Part shown: piece after piece, positions 34,901 through 45,016 of the stretch | Layout of the letters: each line of letters begins with the position of its first letter | Numbering within the stretch: the first letter of the stretch is position 1 | IMG/VR virus record: IMGVR_UViG_3300034356_001764 | Location: 1-64,000 of that record | Reading direction: 5' to 3' (one strand) | Source: a virus | DNA: 64,000 nt | Position numbers and translations under genes: made by a program | The notes under the pieces: model-generated | The model's database searches: none | Seen by the model: the letters and a program-made list of their open reading frames with translations, nothing else | What the model was told of the DNA's origin: nothing

Positions 34901-37474
34901 AATTCCACCTGTTGCCGTTGCTGTAGTTATTGCAGCATCTTTTGTTGTATTGATTCCAGCTAAGATAGGTCTTGTACCTGTTACAATATATGATAATGCA
35001 TCAAGAATTGAACCACCTGCAGAATAATAAGTTGTTAATGCAGCATCATAAGTAACAGCTGCAGCTTGACCAACAACAGCTCCTGCAACAGCAATAGGAT
35101 ATATAGTTAAACCTGTGGCATCTGATGCATAACCTGGTGCTGTAAAGTTTGCAAGTTTTTTATCATACTTTCCAATAAATGAAATTATTGCTTCTGCAAT
35201 ACCAAGTAGGAACATAGGCAAAACAGTAAGATCAGAAAATAATTTAAACTTAGGATGTTGATTGGGTTCAATAAATCTTTGAGTTGATGCTCCTCTTAAA
35301 TATCCATAAAGCTTAAGTTCAGTTCCTGATAAAAATGGAGTTTTAAAACTTGTATCTGGAGAATGAAAACTTACAAAATCTGATGGAACATTCTGATCAA
35401 AAACACTATCATTATCATTAGGATTTGGAATTCTTATATAAGGATCAATAAAATTTCTATTATGATCACTACCACCTGTTGAATTATAAAAAGGTTTAAT
35501 AGTATTAAATGGATAATTTGCATACATGCCTTTTCTTGGAGCTGCTGGATTACTCACCTGCCCAACAATATCATATGTTCTAAAATTGTTAAGCATTCCC
35601 TTAGCAATGATAGACTTATTACCCTCTCTTGATCCTCTTAAGATCTCATAACCAACAATACCAGGAATATCATTACCTTCATTATCTTTTGGATATGTAA
35701 TATTTTCAAAGAAAACTCCAAGCAATCTAATTTTTAATTCATTAGGTTGATTGCTTAATGTTGGTTTAAAATGATTAGTAAGTTTATTTGCACTTGGATC
35801 TAAACAGTTATCCGGAAACTTATGATGTCTGATATTATCACCACATAGATCATAAGTATTACTTGGTTGATTGTAAAAGCCTGTCCAACATTGAGCACTT
35901 GTATTCCAAATTTCTGGTTTATCATCAGGATACTGTTCAGTAGATTCCCAGTAACCCATGTTTCCAACTGCAATTACTGTACCTCCGTCATCTGTTGTAG
36001 TTGATAACCCACTTGGTATTGTTCCTATTGAAGCAGTATTAAATACTTCAAATACATTATCACTTGCACTTAATGCATTTTGATTAAAACTTATTCCAGT
36101 TTCTGGTAATCCATTGTATAATCCTGGAGCTCTTCCTGGAATATGATAAGAAGATGATTTATCACCTGTATCATATACCCATCTAATAAAGAAACAATAA
36201 ACTTCATCTCTTAAGTAACTTGCCTTATTTCCACTTTTTACATAATAGTCAGAAGGATATTCAACTGAAGCCCACTTGGCTGTAATTAGATTAGCTAATG
36301 GTTGGTAGTTAAAATCAAATTTAGAAGTAGGTCCAACTCTCAGTAAGTAATTATTTACTTCAGATATCTGATCAGATTTTTCAAAAACTGGTGTCTGAAT
36401 TGGAAGCTGCTCTAGTGGTACAGTTATTAAATCTTCTTTTATTTGATCTAAAGCAATAACATTTGTTCTAGTAGAATATATACCAACTTGTCTTGCAACA
36501 GTTCCTTGGTTTATATTTTGTACAATGACCAAGATAAACTCATCAAAGTTTACACTGTCAGCTTCTACTTCAAGTACAAGTGAACCTTGTAAATCTTGAG
36601 GAGTCCAAATTTGTTGGTTGTTACTTTGAGAAAAATAGTCTGTAACTTTTTGACCTTTAATGCTATAAGCAATAACTGCAAAGTAAGTTCCATTTCTTAA
36701 TGTACCACCTTGATTACCAAGTGTTAAATTAAGACATGGTGTCTCCATTAATCTTGCTAATCTAATTTTATCACAATCTAACTGATTAATATCAACACAT
36801 GTAATGCAACCTATTGGATGGCCAGAAGGCCAAACATCTGGTTGTGTTTCTGATACACCAGTTTCATCAGTACAAATTTGTTTCCATTTTACTCCTGGCC
36901 ACAAAAGTAGATTTACACCATTTGAGTAATAATTAATATTTACTTGTCCCACCCAACTATAGTTAGCAGCTGGCCAAGTTTGAGGATCTCCTACATTTAA
37001 AACTCTATCTGGATTTAATGCATCTGCAAAATATACTTGCCAAGTACAATCTTCTTTCTCTCTTGAAGCTCCGCTTATTAAATATCTTTTATCAAACTTA
37101 AGACATGCATCTTGTACAATAGGTCTGTAAACACAAGTATCAGTTTCTAGTAAACCAATCTCTGACATAACAGGTATACCAGTTGAATCATGACCTGCTG
37201 TAAACACTATCCACTTATCTGAGAATAATTGTATAGTGCCAATAATGTATTTGTCTACTGCAATTGCAGGCATTGTTAAACCTGCTGTTGCACATAGAAT
37301 ATTAGATTGCTCATTAGAAAGGGTTCCAATATTACCCTCATCTGTATTATTTGTTGCATTTCTAGCATGTGTCCACATTCCTTCTCCTACAAAAGAAGGG
37401 TCAGAATCTTTGTTCATCCCCTTAGAAAAACTACGGGTGACGTTCTGTGTTGTATTTTGTAAACCTTTTGCCAT
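31976..37474 (-). CDS. Tail stabilization / muzzle protein (crAss-like, P22 gp10-like)
   Basis: About 1830 aa; N-terminal FSKGMNKD...ARNA and C-terminal WISFHDWHP...FYG motifs; follows the ring-protein genes. Likely start is ATG 37474 (TAATG coupling) rather than 37507. Confidence 0.8.
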   Translation of the reverse strand: MAKGLQNTTQNVTRSFSKGMNKDSDPSFVGEGMWTHARNATNNTDEGNIGTLSNEQSNILCATAGLTMPAIAVDKYIIGTIQLFSDKWIVFTAGHDSTGIPVMSEIGLLETDTCVYRPIVQDACLKFDKRYLISGASREKEDCTWQVYFADALNPDRVLNVGDPQTWPAANYSWVGQVNINYYSNGVNLLLWPGVKWKQICTDETGVSETQPDVWPSGHPIGCITCVDINQLDCDKIRLARLMETPCLNLTLGNQGGTLRNGTYFAVIAYSIKGQKVTDYFSQSNNQQIWTPQDLQGSLVLEVEADSVNFDEFILVIVQNINQGTVARQVGIYSTRTNVIALDQIKEDLITVPLEQLPIQTPVFEKSDQISEVNNYLLRVGPTSKFDFNYQPLANLITAKWASVEYPSDYYVKSGNKASYLRDEVYCFFIRWVYDTGDKSSSYHIPGRAPGLYNGLPETGISFNQNALSASDNVFEVFNTASIGTIPSGLSTTTDDGGTVIAVGNMGYWESTEQYPDDKPEIWNTSAQCWTGFYNQPSNTYDLCGDNIRHHKFPDNCLDPSANKLTNHFKPTLSNQPNELKIRLLGVFFENITYPKDNEGNDIPGIVGYEILRGSREGNKSIIAKGMLNNFRTYDIVGQVSNPAAPRKGMYANYPFNTIKPFYNSTGGSDHNRNFIDPYIRIPNPNDNDSVFDQNVPSDFVSFHSPDTSFKTPFLSGTELKLYGYLRGASTQRFIEPNQHPKFKLFSDLTVLPMFLLGIAEAIISFIGKYDKKLANFTAPGYASDATGLTIYPIAVAGAVVGQAAAVTYDAALTTYYSAGGSILDALSYIVTGTRPILAGINTTKDAAITTATATGGISASGDEYTYTVPKLDYLPIPLRILGGLNQALYYFSEGANIAADIIRAIIPYTQYASQMIAHGFYSDMRSPSSTKLFRFKIEDSSYIRDNIMQMPGYYNVAGTFRSYSINNLKRSDTVVIRTEAGPNYAGPYIGGAIGPNYIIESSRYVDQSLTTLGNIQQNGLVDPLTLNPYIPNPNVGPNFEIVDANFTLPIASHYAAMKVRIQNQYGQLQSIKQIVITPCEQKFDYNTLSNWGPYNQCGSCNLAVILKKINISPIFFGGDVYVNRYTEKNSMFFFYDWLYGQPDGFEYNYAIHQMIPEPRFYVNSRKYEVSDLGPSNWNSPVPGTGAFPTRFYRMDHGPTPTNPGYDYTNDTAGDYPGVFRPKDSFFYLAVSSVRDFFVESDVIVDYREAGDNEWEKHYDPYRYTELARMFEINPENITRGNTFRYDYSLSVSKLYNQYFSSGNLQNRYYNPNVSQLCYTYFPDRIYYSLQQQDESFKDSWFIFLPNNYREFKSQISGVKSINKSGLFITFKNDSPQMFQGVDTLQTDLGTKITIGDGGLFSQPGQSVSNADKPYEYGSSQNRLAVISTPAGLFYASQNQGKIFSYAGGLKEISQVGLKWWYSLFLKCKLTTQFPDYPWKDNPVAGVGVQAVYDNENSILYFTKKDYIVKDGIDLDRVDYVPLVVDCRQMIKGKGYKKGQGDFFTLDGRGRYLLGDPTIFESASWTASYDPKNEMWISFHDWHPDLVMPSKTVFLTTKKNSFWKHNYVCNSYCNFYGKDYPFEIETPIITGQSPTVVKSFEYILESYKRAANCVDQFHVLDNNFDTAIIYNSEQVSGYLNLNVFPKNNITLSLEYPKFNPSIPIIIRDTVVGLPGFDILFSKEENKYRFNQFWDVTRDRGEFPLGSGYPPTGPLVPGTTELLGNYPEEIAWITLPDGYRRELNLTSLDYNKAELQRKKFRHYLNYITLRKEISGSVNMIVKVVNSKNQASLR

Positions 37475-38517
37475 TACATTAGTCTTGAAGTTCCTACTCT
37501 TCTCCAATATGGATCATTTGGACTATAACTTTTAAACATATCATAGTATTTTGCATACTGTGCTCTTCTGTTTGTCCACCATACTTTTTCCATTTCTCTA
37601 AAGTTTGGTGTATTAACTAAACTTAGTGCTGCATTTCTTGCTGCTCTAAACTCTGGAATAATAAGCTGTAGCTTTTGAGCCATGTCTTCTCCATTGAGAG
37701 CTAAGTTCTCTATGATTCTTTTCTTCAATGCATACTCATAGTAGTCATTAATCAATTCATGATTAGGAACCATTAGATTATTATTCTCATCCGTCAACTC
37801 TCCCTGGTAGTTTATATAAACATGACCCGTTTGAAAAGTTGTATATAAGTAATTGTCTTTTAACCAACCTTGATTAGCTGTATTGTAATAAAGATTTGGG
37901 CATTCACAATCTATGTTCTGACTCTGCTTCATTCTTAGAGGAACTAAAGATTTATAAACTCTTGATTGAACCGGATTAATTACTTGGATAATTTCATACT
38001 GATCACCTTTACAGTTCATGAATACTCTTGGAGCAATACATGTATCCCCGTAAGGATTATTTGGATCATACTCAGTTGGTATTGGATCTACTATAGGATG
38101 ATTAAGATCACATGCAGCAGTCTTGTTACATGGATTAGAATTACATGTTCTACAATTAACTGTAGGAGCTACACACTGATCTACTGTAGCTGGAAATTCT
38201 CTGTAAGGAATCTCTTGAATATTAGTTCCAGAAACTTGTCCACCATAACCGGTCATAACAGTATATTCACCACACACCATTCCATAGTTCCATACATAGA
38301 AATCATCAGGAAGTTTAACTTTTCCATGACAAACTTCTAATACAACTTCCTTAGTTTGATTTATTCTTAAACCAAGATCATAATTTAACCTGCGGGCAAC
38401 TTTAATTAATTGCTGAGGTTCAATCATGTTCTCTAAGGCTAGAGTATTTAAGTCAATACTAACATCTTCTAATAAAGAATCAAATGTCCGGTATTTTAGT
38501 GTGTAATTGAAATCCAT
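37474..38517 (-). CDS. Tail tubular / ring protein (P22 gp4-like) with Cys-rich insertion
   Basis: KVKLPDDF...YLYTTFQTGHVYINYQG...DENNNLMVP pattern; immediately upstream of the muzzle gene. Confidence 0.7.
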   Translation of the reverse strand: MDFNYTLKYRTFDSLLEDVSIDLNTLALENMIEPQQLIKVARRLNYDLGLRINQTKEVVLEVCHGKVKLPDDFYVWNYGMVCGEYTVMTGYGGQVSGTNIQEIPYREFPATVDQCVAPTVNCRTCNSNPCNKTAACDLNHPIVDPIPTEYDPNNPYGDTCIAPRVFMNCKGDQYEIIQVINPVQSRVYKSLVPLRMKQSQNIDCECPNLYYNTANQGWLKDNYLYTTFQTGHVYINYQGELTDENNNLMVPNHELINDYYEYALKKRIIENLALNGEDMAQKLQLIIPEFRAARNAALSLVNTPNFREMEKVWWTNRRAQYAKYYDMFKSYSPNDPYWRRVGTSRLM

Positions 38518-39179
38518 TATCTAAGTGCATTTTGACTATCATCAGGTCCATCTGTTGGAATTGATATAGCCATGGTTAATTCTTTTATTACAAACTGTTC
38601 AACTTCAGAGAATAAATACTCTGGAATAGCAAATGCTGTATCTTGAAATACCTCACACTCATCTGAATCACATGTCTCTAATGCGCCTTCAAAGATTGCC
38701 TCTATTCTGATAGCATCCCAATCAATGTTTGGACAATACAAGTATCCATTAAGATACCAGAAGTATGGTCTCTTATTATATTTGAATGTACTAGATTTAG
38801 TAATTGATATCCAAGTACCAGGTTCTGTTCTAAACATTTCAATAGATCCATCTATAGAAGATACAGTACGTATAATAGGTCCAAACATACCAGCTAATAT
38901 AGTTGGCAGTTTTTCTTTAGATCTTTTAAAATAACATTCAGAATATACTCCTACACACCCTGCCTCAACTTTATCTACATCAATAAGTTCTATATAAGGT
39001 AACACCTTAAATATAGAGCTCATCTTCATTAGTCTAAATTGATTGTCTTCTCTTTTTATCAAAGTCTTTGCATACTTAATAAGTGAAAAGTAAATAACCC
39101 TGTCTGTTAAAAACGGGTCTTCCTTTACTGCCTTTAAAGTATTTCTTACTCTTGATATTGCTTCACCAACTGTTGTCAT
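38517..39179 (-). CDS. Tail ring protein (crAss gene 53-like)
   Basis: IELIDVD...C...RSKEKLP...YFWYLNGYLY...AIFE pattern; syntenic between IHF-like and tubular genes. Confidence 0.6.
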   Translation of the reverse strand: MTTVGEAISRVRNTLKAVKEDPFLTDRVIYFSLIKYAKTLIKREDNQFRLMKMSSIFKVLPYIELIDVDKVEAGCVGVYSECYFKRSKEKLPTILAGMFGPIIRTVSSIDGSIEMFRTEPGTWISITKSSTFKYNKRPYFWYLNGYLYCPNIDWDAIRIEAIFEGALETCDSDECEVFQDTAFAIPEYLFSEVEQFVIKELTMAISIPTDGPDDSQNALR

Positions 39180-39757
39180 AGGTCAAACTCATTATAGTTT
39201 TCAAGGGCCTTTATGGTCTCCTTAAGTTTAATTTCTTTGTATACTGCTTTGTTGTATGCTAACTTCAACCTTTGAGTTGCATCTACAACAACATATGTGT
39301 TCCAGTTTTCTGGATAAGTCTTAGCTACAGTTCTTTTAAAGTCTCTACAAGCTGTAAACCCCCAGTACTCTCTATTGCGCATTCTATGTTTTGGAGCATA
39401 ATTAGTAAAAAAAATCTTTGCTAGCTTACCATCTGTTTCCCAGTTCTTGTTAGTAACTGTTACTCCATACTTCCTGGACTTAGCAAAGTCAACATTTGTT
39501 TTCTTACTTTGTTGACATGTTCCAATAAAAAGCCACCCTAATGATTCTGGTAATTGTACACCATCTCTAGTATCTATAACTCCTTGAAATATTGCATTGT
39601 TGAATTTTCTCATGATCTCTTTCAACAACTTATAATCCAAGTTTTTATACTTAGGATACTTTTTTTTAAAATCTTTTACAAGCTTTGGATTAAACACATT
39701 CAATACATCTGGTCTAAACCTAGCTCCTTTAACATCAGGATTATTAAATTCCCTCAT
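39176..39757 (-). CDS. IHF/HU-like DNA-binding protein (crAss gene 54-like)
   Basis: IMRKFNNAIFQGVIDTRDGVQLPESLGWLFI motif; basic protein; synteny. Confidence 0.6.
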   Translation of the reverse strand: MREFNNPDVKGARFRPDVLNVFNPKLVKDFKKKYPKYKNLDYKLLKEIMRKFNNAIFQGVIDTRDGVQLPESLGWLFIGTCQQSKKTNVDFAKSRKYGVTVTNKNWETDGKLAKIFFTNYAPKHRMRNREYWGFTACRDFKRTVAKTYPENWNTYVVVDATQRLKLAYNKAVYKEIKLKETIKALENYNEFDL

Positions 39758-39759
39758 AA

Positions 39760-39771
39760 TAATATACTAAA
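39760..39771 (-). promoter_or_regulatory. Putative late promoter motif TTTAGTATATTA
   Basis: Repeated intergenic motif with TTTG upstream (39787-39790); lies downstream of a terminator. Confidence 0.5.
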
Positions 39772-39800
39772 AATAAATGACTTTAGCAAATATAGGTATA

Positions 39801-39830
39801 AAACAAAACCCCCACAAGTGTGAGGGCTTT
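39801..39830 (-). terminator. Probable intrinsic terminator
   Basis: AAAGCCCTCAC-loop-GTGGGGGTTTT hairpin (G-U pairs) followed by T-rich run. Confidence 0.6.
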
Positions 39831-39870
39831 GCCGTTGTTGTTACAGAAACCAACAAACCTGCAACACTCT

Positions 39871-40554
39871 TTAACCAATTATAGTAATTCTTATTCTGAC
39901 AGGTAAATCAAGATCAACAGGTGGCGGATCAAACGCAGGAAATATACCTATGTCACCTGAGAGATCTATACCAATGCCTGTTTTATCGTTATGTGTGAAT
40001 TCTATCCATGCATTTTCATCAATATTAAACCAATAACCTTGAATTATTAAATCTACTACTGTTGGTACAGCAGTTAAAGTACCATCACATCCTACTGTAG
40101 GAATTCCACAAGGAGAATACACAGTATTAAGAATTGTTATTTGTTGATTAGGATTACCATCTGGTAAAGTTTCTTCATAAACAAATTTTCTAAGTAAAGG
40201 TGTTTCAGTAGCTACTGTATAAGTTGTTGTAGTACCAACTGTTACAGGAGTAACATCAATACCATTACCTGCTGCTACAATGGTAATAGGAACTAAACTT
40301 GCAAGATTACAGAAATAACCAACTATATCTTCTAATGCAAGATTTATTGCAGAATTTTGAATAACTACAGTATCATCACCACATTCTAAATCTGGACCTG
40401 TATATACAATACATTCAGCATCAAATACTTCAGAACACGGTTGTCTGTCTGGACATCCTACTGGTGTAGGACATGGTGCCGGTGATGTCAACATTGTGTC
40501 TTGACATCCGCACTTTGGTTTACTGCATCCGCAGTTTGTACATGTTGTTGCCAT
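39871..40554 (-). CDS. Cys-rich structural (fibre-like) protein
   Basis: CSEVFDAECIVYTGPDLEC motif is paralogous to the N-terminus of the upstream gene; VAAGNGIDVT fibre-like repeat. Confidence 0.5.
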   Translation of the reverse strand: MATTCTNCGCSKPKCGCQDTMLTSPAPCPTPVGCPDRQPCSEVFDAECIVYTGPDLECGDDTVVIQNSAINLALEDIVGYFCNLASLVPITIVAAGNGIDVTPVTVGTTTTYTVATETPLLRKFVYEETLPDGNPNQQITILNTVYSPCGIPTVGCDGTLTAVPTVVDLIIQGYWFNIDENAWIEFTHNDKTGIGIDLSGDIGIFPAFDPPPVDLDLPVRIRITIIG

Positions 40555-40560
40555 AATATT

Positions 40561-42267
40561 TTATTTACAAGGTTCAGGACTTGGGATTGATATTGTACAT
40601 GGAGATATATATCCCATAATGCCATCTATACCTAGCATAAATCCTCCAACTTCATCTTCATCATTTGCATTGCAACTATATGGATAATTTTCAGTTGCAC
40701 TAAATGATAAATCTACACTCTGAACACCAGGTGTTGGATTACCATTTACTAATGATCCAGCACTTCTAAGAAACTTAGGAACTTGATCACCACTAGATAC
40801 GTGAGAAATTATATAATTTAAAGGACATGTATCATATGCTCCAGATCCACCTAGTGCAGTACTTTCTTCATTATCTTTAACTAAAGTTGCAAATAATACT
40901 CCTGTTGGTAATACAGATATACTAAATAAACTTGTAAGTACAGAACTATCTGATCCAGTATCAATTGATCTAAATGCAAACTTCCATCCATTATAAGCAT
41001 TACCATCTAAACTAATTCCTGCAGGTAATACTTCAACTGGAATAACTGAATCAGGTAAACCTGTTCCAGCATTATAATTCCAACTTATACCACCAGCAGC
41101 ATTTGTCAATACTCCTCCATCTCCTGTACAAGGCGCAACTGTAGTTATATTAAGATAACTGTTAACGCCTGTTTTAAGTGTATATTGTAATGGTAAACCA
41201 GTATCTGGATTATTAAGTGGTACTGTTACTTGTCCTCTAAAATAAATTACATTTCCAATTCTTCTACACTCAGGTCTTTTAATTGAAGATGGATCTGCTG
41301 TATTATAAAACTCAAAACCATTTAACGGCCACCATCCACTATCTTGTATCTCTGCAGATAATACTCCTGCAGTATAAGTAAGATCAATTGTGTTAGTATC
41401 TTGAACTGTTAAAGCTAATGTTTGAAGATAAGTATATATATCACATATTGCAATCCAAATATTTTTAATTGCATTTGCTACTGTACTTTCTGCAGTCAAT
41501 GAAGGATTATTAACCCATGAGCCTGCGTAGTAGGTAGAGAATGATTGTACTGGAGAATCTCCGGCAGCTATTGAAGCTAATGAAGCATCACCATCTGCAA
41601 TACATTGAGATAATACAGAACTTATTATTTGTGCAGGTGTACCTGTTGCAGACAATAAACTACAGTATCCAAGTATATCATCATTCATTAATGCATTAAG
41701 AACCTGGTCTAATGGGTAATTGCCTGCTGGTAAAATACAATCAGCTGGAATACTTGGTAAAGTATAAACAGGAAGATTATCAATTTGATATTGTAAATCT
41801 ACTAATGTATCATTAACTATAACAAGTTCATTATTAATAGCAGCTATCTGATCAATTATAGTACAAACTCTATTTGCAATCATTTGAACATAATCAACTA
41901 ACTGCATTGTAGTTTGTATACCTTCAATAAAACAAGGAGCTACTGAAACTACACAATCTGGACATCCTGCTGTTTTTACTACATCTGAAGGAATACCATT
42001 AAGTTCACAAATTCTTGTGATAAGTAATTGAATTAAACCTTTAAAATCTGTTGGTGCACAACCAGTTAAATCCAAACATGAAAGATCATAATTTGTAACA
42101 TTCAACTGATCCATAATAGCACACAGCTCTGTAGCTAGTTTAAATACAACATCAGATACTGTATCACCACTACATAAATTAATGCATGGAATATCTGGGC
42201 CCTGCCAAATAACACAGTTACTTGAAATTGGACTACAGGGTCTATTATCTAAATTTAAAGGTTTCAT
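40561..42267 (-). CDS. Cys-rich tail fibre-like structural protein
   Basis: CSPISSNCVIWQGPDIPC N-terminus, coiled coil, VQDTNTIDLT, C-terminal DSGW...RRIGNVIYFRG fibre-tip-like domain. Confidence 0.55.
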   Translation of the reverse strand: MKPLNLDNRPCSPISSNCVIWQGPDIPCINLCSGDTVSDVVFKLATELCAIMDQLNVTNYDLSCLDLTGCAPTDFKGLIQLLITRICELNGIPSDVVKTAGCPDCVVSVAPCFIEGIQTTMQLVDYVQMIANRVCTIIDQIAAINNELVIVNDTLVDLQYQIDNLPVYTLPSIPADCILPAGNYPLDQVLNALMNDDILGYCSLLSATGTPAQIISSVLSQCIADGDASLASIAAGDSPVQSFSTYYAGSWVNNPSLTAESTVANAIKNIWIAICDIYTYLQTLALTVQDTNTIDLTYTAGVLSAEIQDSGWWPLNGFEFYNTADPSSIKRPECRRIGNVIYFRGQVTVPLNNPDTGLPLQYTLKTGVNSYLNITTVAPCTGDGGVLTNAAGGISWNYNAGTGLPDSVIPVEVLPAGISLDGNAYNGWKFAFRSIDTGSDSSVLTSLFSISVLPTGVLFATLVKDNEESTALGGSGAYDTCPLNYIISHVSSGDQVPKFLRSAGSLVNGNPTPGVQSVDLSFSATENYPYSCNANDEDEVGGFMLGIDGIMGYISPCTISIPSPEPCK

Positions 42268-42281
42268 ACTTCTACTGTTAT

Positions 42282-42294
42282 TATAATATACAAA
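42282..42294 (-). promoter_or_regulatory. Putative late promoter motif TTTGTATATTATA
   Basis: Identical 13-mer at 55073-55085. Confidence 0.5.
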
Positions 42295-42300
42295 TTATTA

Positions 42301-44097
42301 TTAAGAATTACAAGTGTTAGATCTACTATTACATCCACATCCACAAGTTGGAGTATTATTACAACATGTTTGAACAGGTGTACATGTATAGTTTGGATCT
42401 CTTGCTCCTTGTAAATCTGCTAGTTCTTTTTTAACAAGCCACTTTTCTCCAAGACTTGTATCAGGACAACAATTGCTTATACCATATCTTCTTTCAAGAA
42501 CAGTTTTATATAAGATGTCTGCTGAGTTACATGCAAATCTCTCATACTTTTCTGTATCACATGCTGGTACAAAGTATCCAGGTCTGATAAATCTTTTAGG
42601 CAAAGGTTCAACAGGACATTCTCCATTAACACAATCTCCAAAATAAATTGGTTCTCTTGCTGTTATCCATTCTCTTACACATAACTTTTCAGATTGTGTA
42701 TTAGGATCTAATCCTCCAAGAGTAACTGGGGCACCGGTGCAATCTATATATGATAATACTCCAGAAGTATTTGGCCAAGCAACAGAACATCTACAAGCAA
42801 GTTCTGCAAGACATGCTGGACAATCAGCATAATCAACTACTACTGTAACTTCTGTAGCTATAGAAGATTGATCAAAAGTTGGAAGTTCTAAAATATTAAC
42901 TTCCCAACATATATCACAGTCTTTCAGTTTTATTACATTGCCTATTTCTGCACTTAAATCTGTATAAGTATAAATAGTTGGTTCAATACCACTGCAATCT
43001 GTTAATTCATAATAAGTTCTACTACAAGCTAAACAAGATTCAAATGATGTAATGATATTAATTACTTGTGTTGCCGGTGGCATATAGTTAATCAAATCAA
43101 CAAACCAACATTCTCCACAATCAAGTTTTACTGTTTGCCCTACATAAGCAGAGTAATCATCTAAACTATACTTAATGATAGACTGATTATTACAGTTAGT
43201 AAATTTGTATGCAACTATAGGTAGACAAGTTGGACAGTCAGCATATACTTGAAGTATTGTTACATTTACTGCGCAGTCACAAGGGTCTTCTGAAATATCA
43301 ATTGTCCAACAACCATCATAACCTTGTATTGTAACAACATTATTATTAGCATAATAACCAAGTACTGTTGTTGTATTAGATATAATTAATGTTTCTTCAG
43401 TTATACAATTAGTAAAAGTAAAACAAACCTCTGGACATACTCCGTCTACACATAGTCCAAAATTATATACAATACCATGAGTTCCTCCTGTTACAACAGG
43501 TACAATCAAAGAACAAATTGTTGTACTTCCACTAGTTACTACTAGTTCTAAGTCTTCATTTACATAAGTAATAGATGTTGGATTACCTGTAATTGAATAA
43601 CAATTAAGTGCACATAAACATTCTACATCAGGATCAGCACTTATATTTAACGCACCTTCACAATCTCCTAGATCATTTTCTACAACAAAGTAACAACTCC
43701 CATATCCAACTAATCCTGTAAACTGACCAATGTAAGGTATTAGTGTATCACTAGTTGATACTAAAACTGGTAAATCTGGTTCACATGGATAAAGTGTATA
43801 ACACTGTATCTCAACCGCACATGGATTACATAACTCTATATTTTCACATTCATCTGCTAATGCAAAATTAGAAAATGAAGGAGTATCAGGATAATCAGAA
43901 AAACTAGTACCAATGTTAGTAATTGTATAGCATTTATTTGGTTGAAAAATAATTCCATTTATACTTGTTATTGATCCAGTATAAACATATACTCCATTTG
44001 AAACAACACCATCTCCTATTGGAAAATTAAAATAATCCAACGCAGGTCCTAAATTAGAACAACAAGGAACAATACTATAATATGGTTTACCAGCCAT
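42301..44097 (-). CDS. Extremely Cys-rich repeat protein, probably structural
   Basis: Repeated Y/F-x-L/F-T-N/D-C...C-W/Y...Y-A-D-C-x-x-C units. Confidence 0.55.
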   Translation of the reverse strand: MAGKPYYSIVPCCSNLGPALDYFNFPIGDGVVSNGVYVYTGSITSINGIIFQPNKCYTITNIGTSFSDYPDTPSFSNFALADECENIELCNPCAVEIQCYTLYPCEPDLPVLVSTSDTLIPYIGQFTGLVGYGSCYFVVENDLGDCEGALNISADPDVECLCALNCYSITGNPTSITYVNEDLELVVTSGSTTICSLIVPVVTGGTHGIVYNFGLCVDGVCPEVCFTFTNCITEETLIISNTTTVLGYYANNNVVTIQGYDGCWTIDISEDPCDCAVNVTILQVYADCPTCLPIVAYKFTNCNNQSIIKYSLDDYSAYVGQTVKLDCGECWFVDLINYMPPATQVINIITSFESCLACSRTYYELTDCSGIEPTIYTYTDLSAEIGNVIKLKDCDICWEVNILELPTFDQSSIATEVTVVVDYADCPACLAELACRCSVAWPNTSGVLSYIDCTGAPVTLGGLDPNTQSEKLCVREWITAREPIYFGDCVNGECPVEPLPKRFIRPGYFVPACDTEKYERFACNSADILYKTVLERRYGISNCCPDTSLGEKWLVKKELADLQGARDPNYTCTPVQTCCNNTPTCGCGCNSRSNTCNS

Positions 44098-44103
44098 TGC
44101 TTT

Positions 44104-44343
44104 TTATTTTGTGAACTTACCTAAGTTCTTATATCTTTCTCTTCCCCATACATCTAATGATACAGGTGCTTTTCCTTCAATTGTTACAGGAGCTTTTCTT
44201 GCTTGTTTTATAACAGGTACTGGAGCTTTACTTGCTCCTGCTGTTTTTCCTAGACAGCTAGTGCATCCTTGAGATCCGTTTGGTAATGTTCTTTTCTGAC
44301 ATGAGCATGTCATTGCACTACCACAGTTTGAACATTTTGCCAT
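44104..44343 (-). CDS. Small Cys-rich basic hypothetical protein (possible Zn-binding)
   Basis: CSNC...CSC...CTSC; in-line with neighbours. Confidence 0.6.
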   Translation of the reverse strand: MAKCSNCGSAMTCSCQKRTLPNGSQGCTSCLGKTAGASKAPVPVIKQARKAPVTIEGKAPVSLDVWGRERYKNLGKFTK

Positions 44344-44364
44344 AATTTATTGGTTTTTAATTAG

Positions 44365-44931
44365 TTAACAATTTGTACAAGTCATCTTATTCAAAAGCTT
44401 AAGGGCATAATTATATAAGCTCATTCCCTTTTGAGGCTCATGACAAAATTCTACTTTAGATATTGCAGCATCAAGATACATCTTTATGAAACGCAACTCT
44501 TCAAGTTTTTGTTTTATTATTAATGGTGGATCACATGCATTTGCATCAACACTACAAAGTACATTGTAATATTTATTCATTGCTTGTGTGATTCTCATAT
44601 GGTTATACTCTACATATACTTGGTCATTAGGAGATACACTGTATTTGATTATGTAAATCCCATCTGGAATATCCACATACTGTGTACCACAATTTGTAGT
44701 TTGTAGTTGTAAATCACATGCTGTTAAAGTAATATGTCCACTATTAACAAAATCAGTCATTACAGCTCCCTCAATCTGATTTGAATAGCCAAATCCTGGT
44801 ACTGTTATATTAAGAGTAGGACAAGTAACTGGGATTAAAGGATTCACTGCATAAACACTTGTATCAAAAATCTTTAATACACATGAGTTCATTACAAAAG
44901 GAACCTCTAAGCTTAAGACATGATTTGCCAT
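44365..44931 (-). CDS. Putative structural protein (tail hub-like)
   Basis: LKIFDTSVY...IPDGIYIIKYSV Ig-like N-terminal part plus helical C-terminus; located in the structural module. Confidence 0.5.
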   Translation of the reverse strand: MANHVLSLEVPFVMNSCVLKIFDTSVYAVNPLIPVTCPTLNITVPGFGYSNQIEGAVMTDFVNSGHITLTACDLQLQTTNCGTQYVDIPDGIYIIKYSVSPNDQVYVEYNHMRITQAMNKYYNVLCSVDANACDPPLIIKQKLEELRFIKMYLDAAISKVEFCHEPQKGMSLYNYALKLLNKMTCTNC

Positions 44932-44941
44932 AATTTTATAT

Positions 44942-44980
44942 TAAAAAAAGGGGAGGAGTATGAAACTCAGCTCCCCTTTC
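44942..44980 (-). terminator. Intrinsic terminator after the auxiliary capsid gene
   Basis: AAAGGGGAG...CTCCCCTTTTTTT hairpin plus U-tract on the minus strand. Confidence 0.75.
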
Positions 44981-45016
44981 TAGTTATTAATTAGAATTAA
45001 TTAAATACCTAAGACA

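Noticed and set aside
37475-37507. Track start of the muzzle gene at 37507
   Set aside because: ATG at 37474 gives the TAATG stop-start coupling seen for several neighbouring genes.
39871-44097. Diversity-generating retroelement targeting fibre genes
   Set aside because: No reverse transcriptase and no adenine-specific TR/VR repeat pair was seen. The 48010/49360 duplicate differs mainly at synonymous sites.
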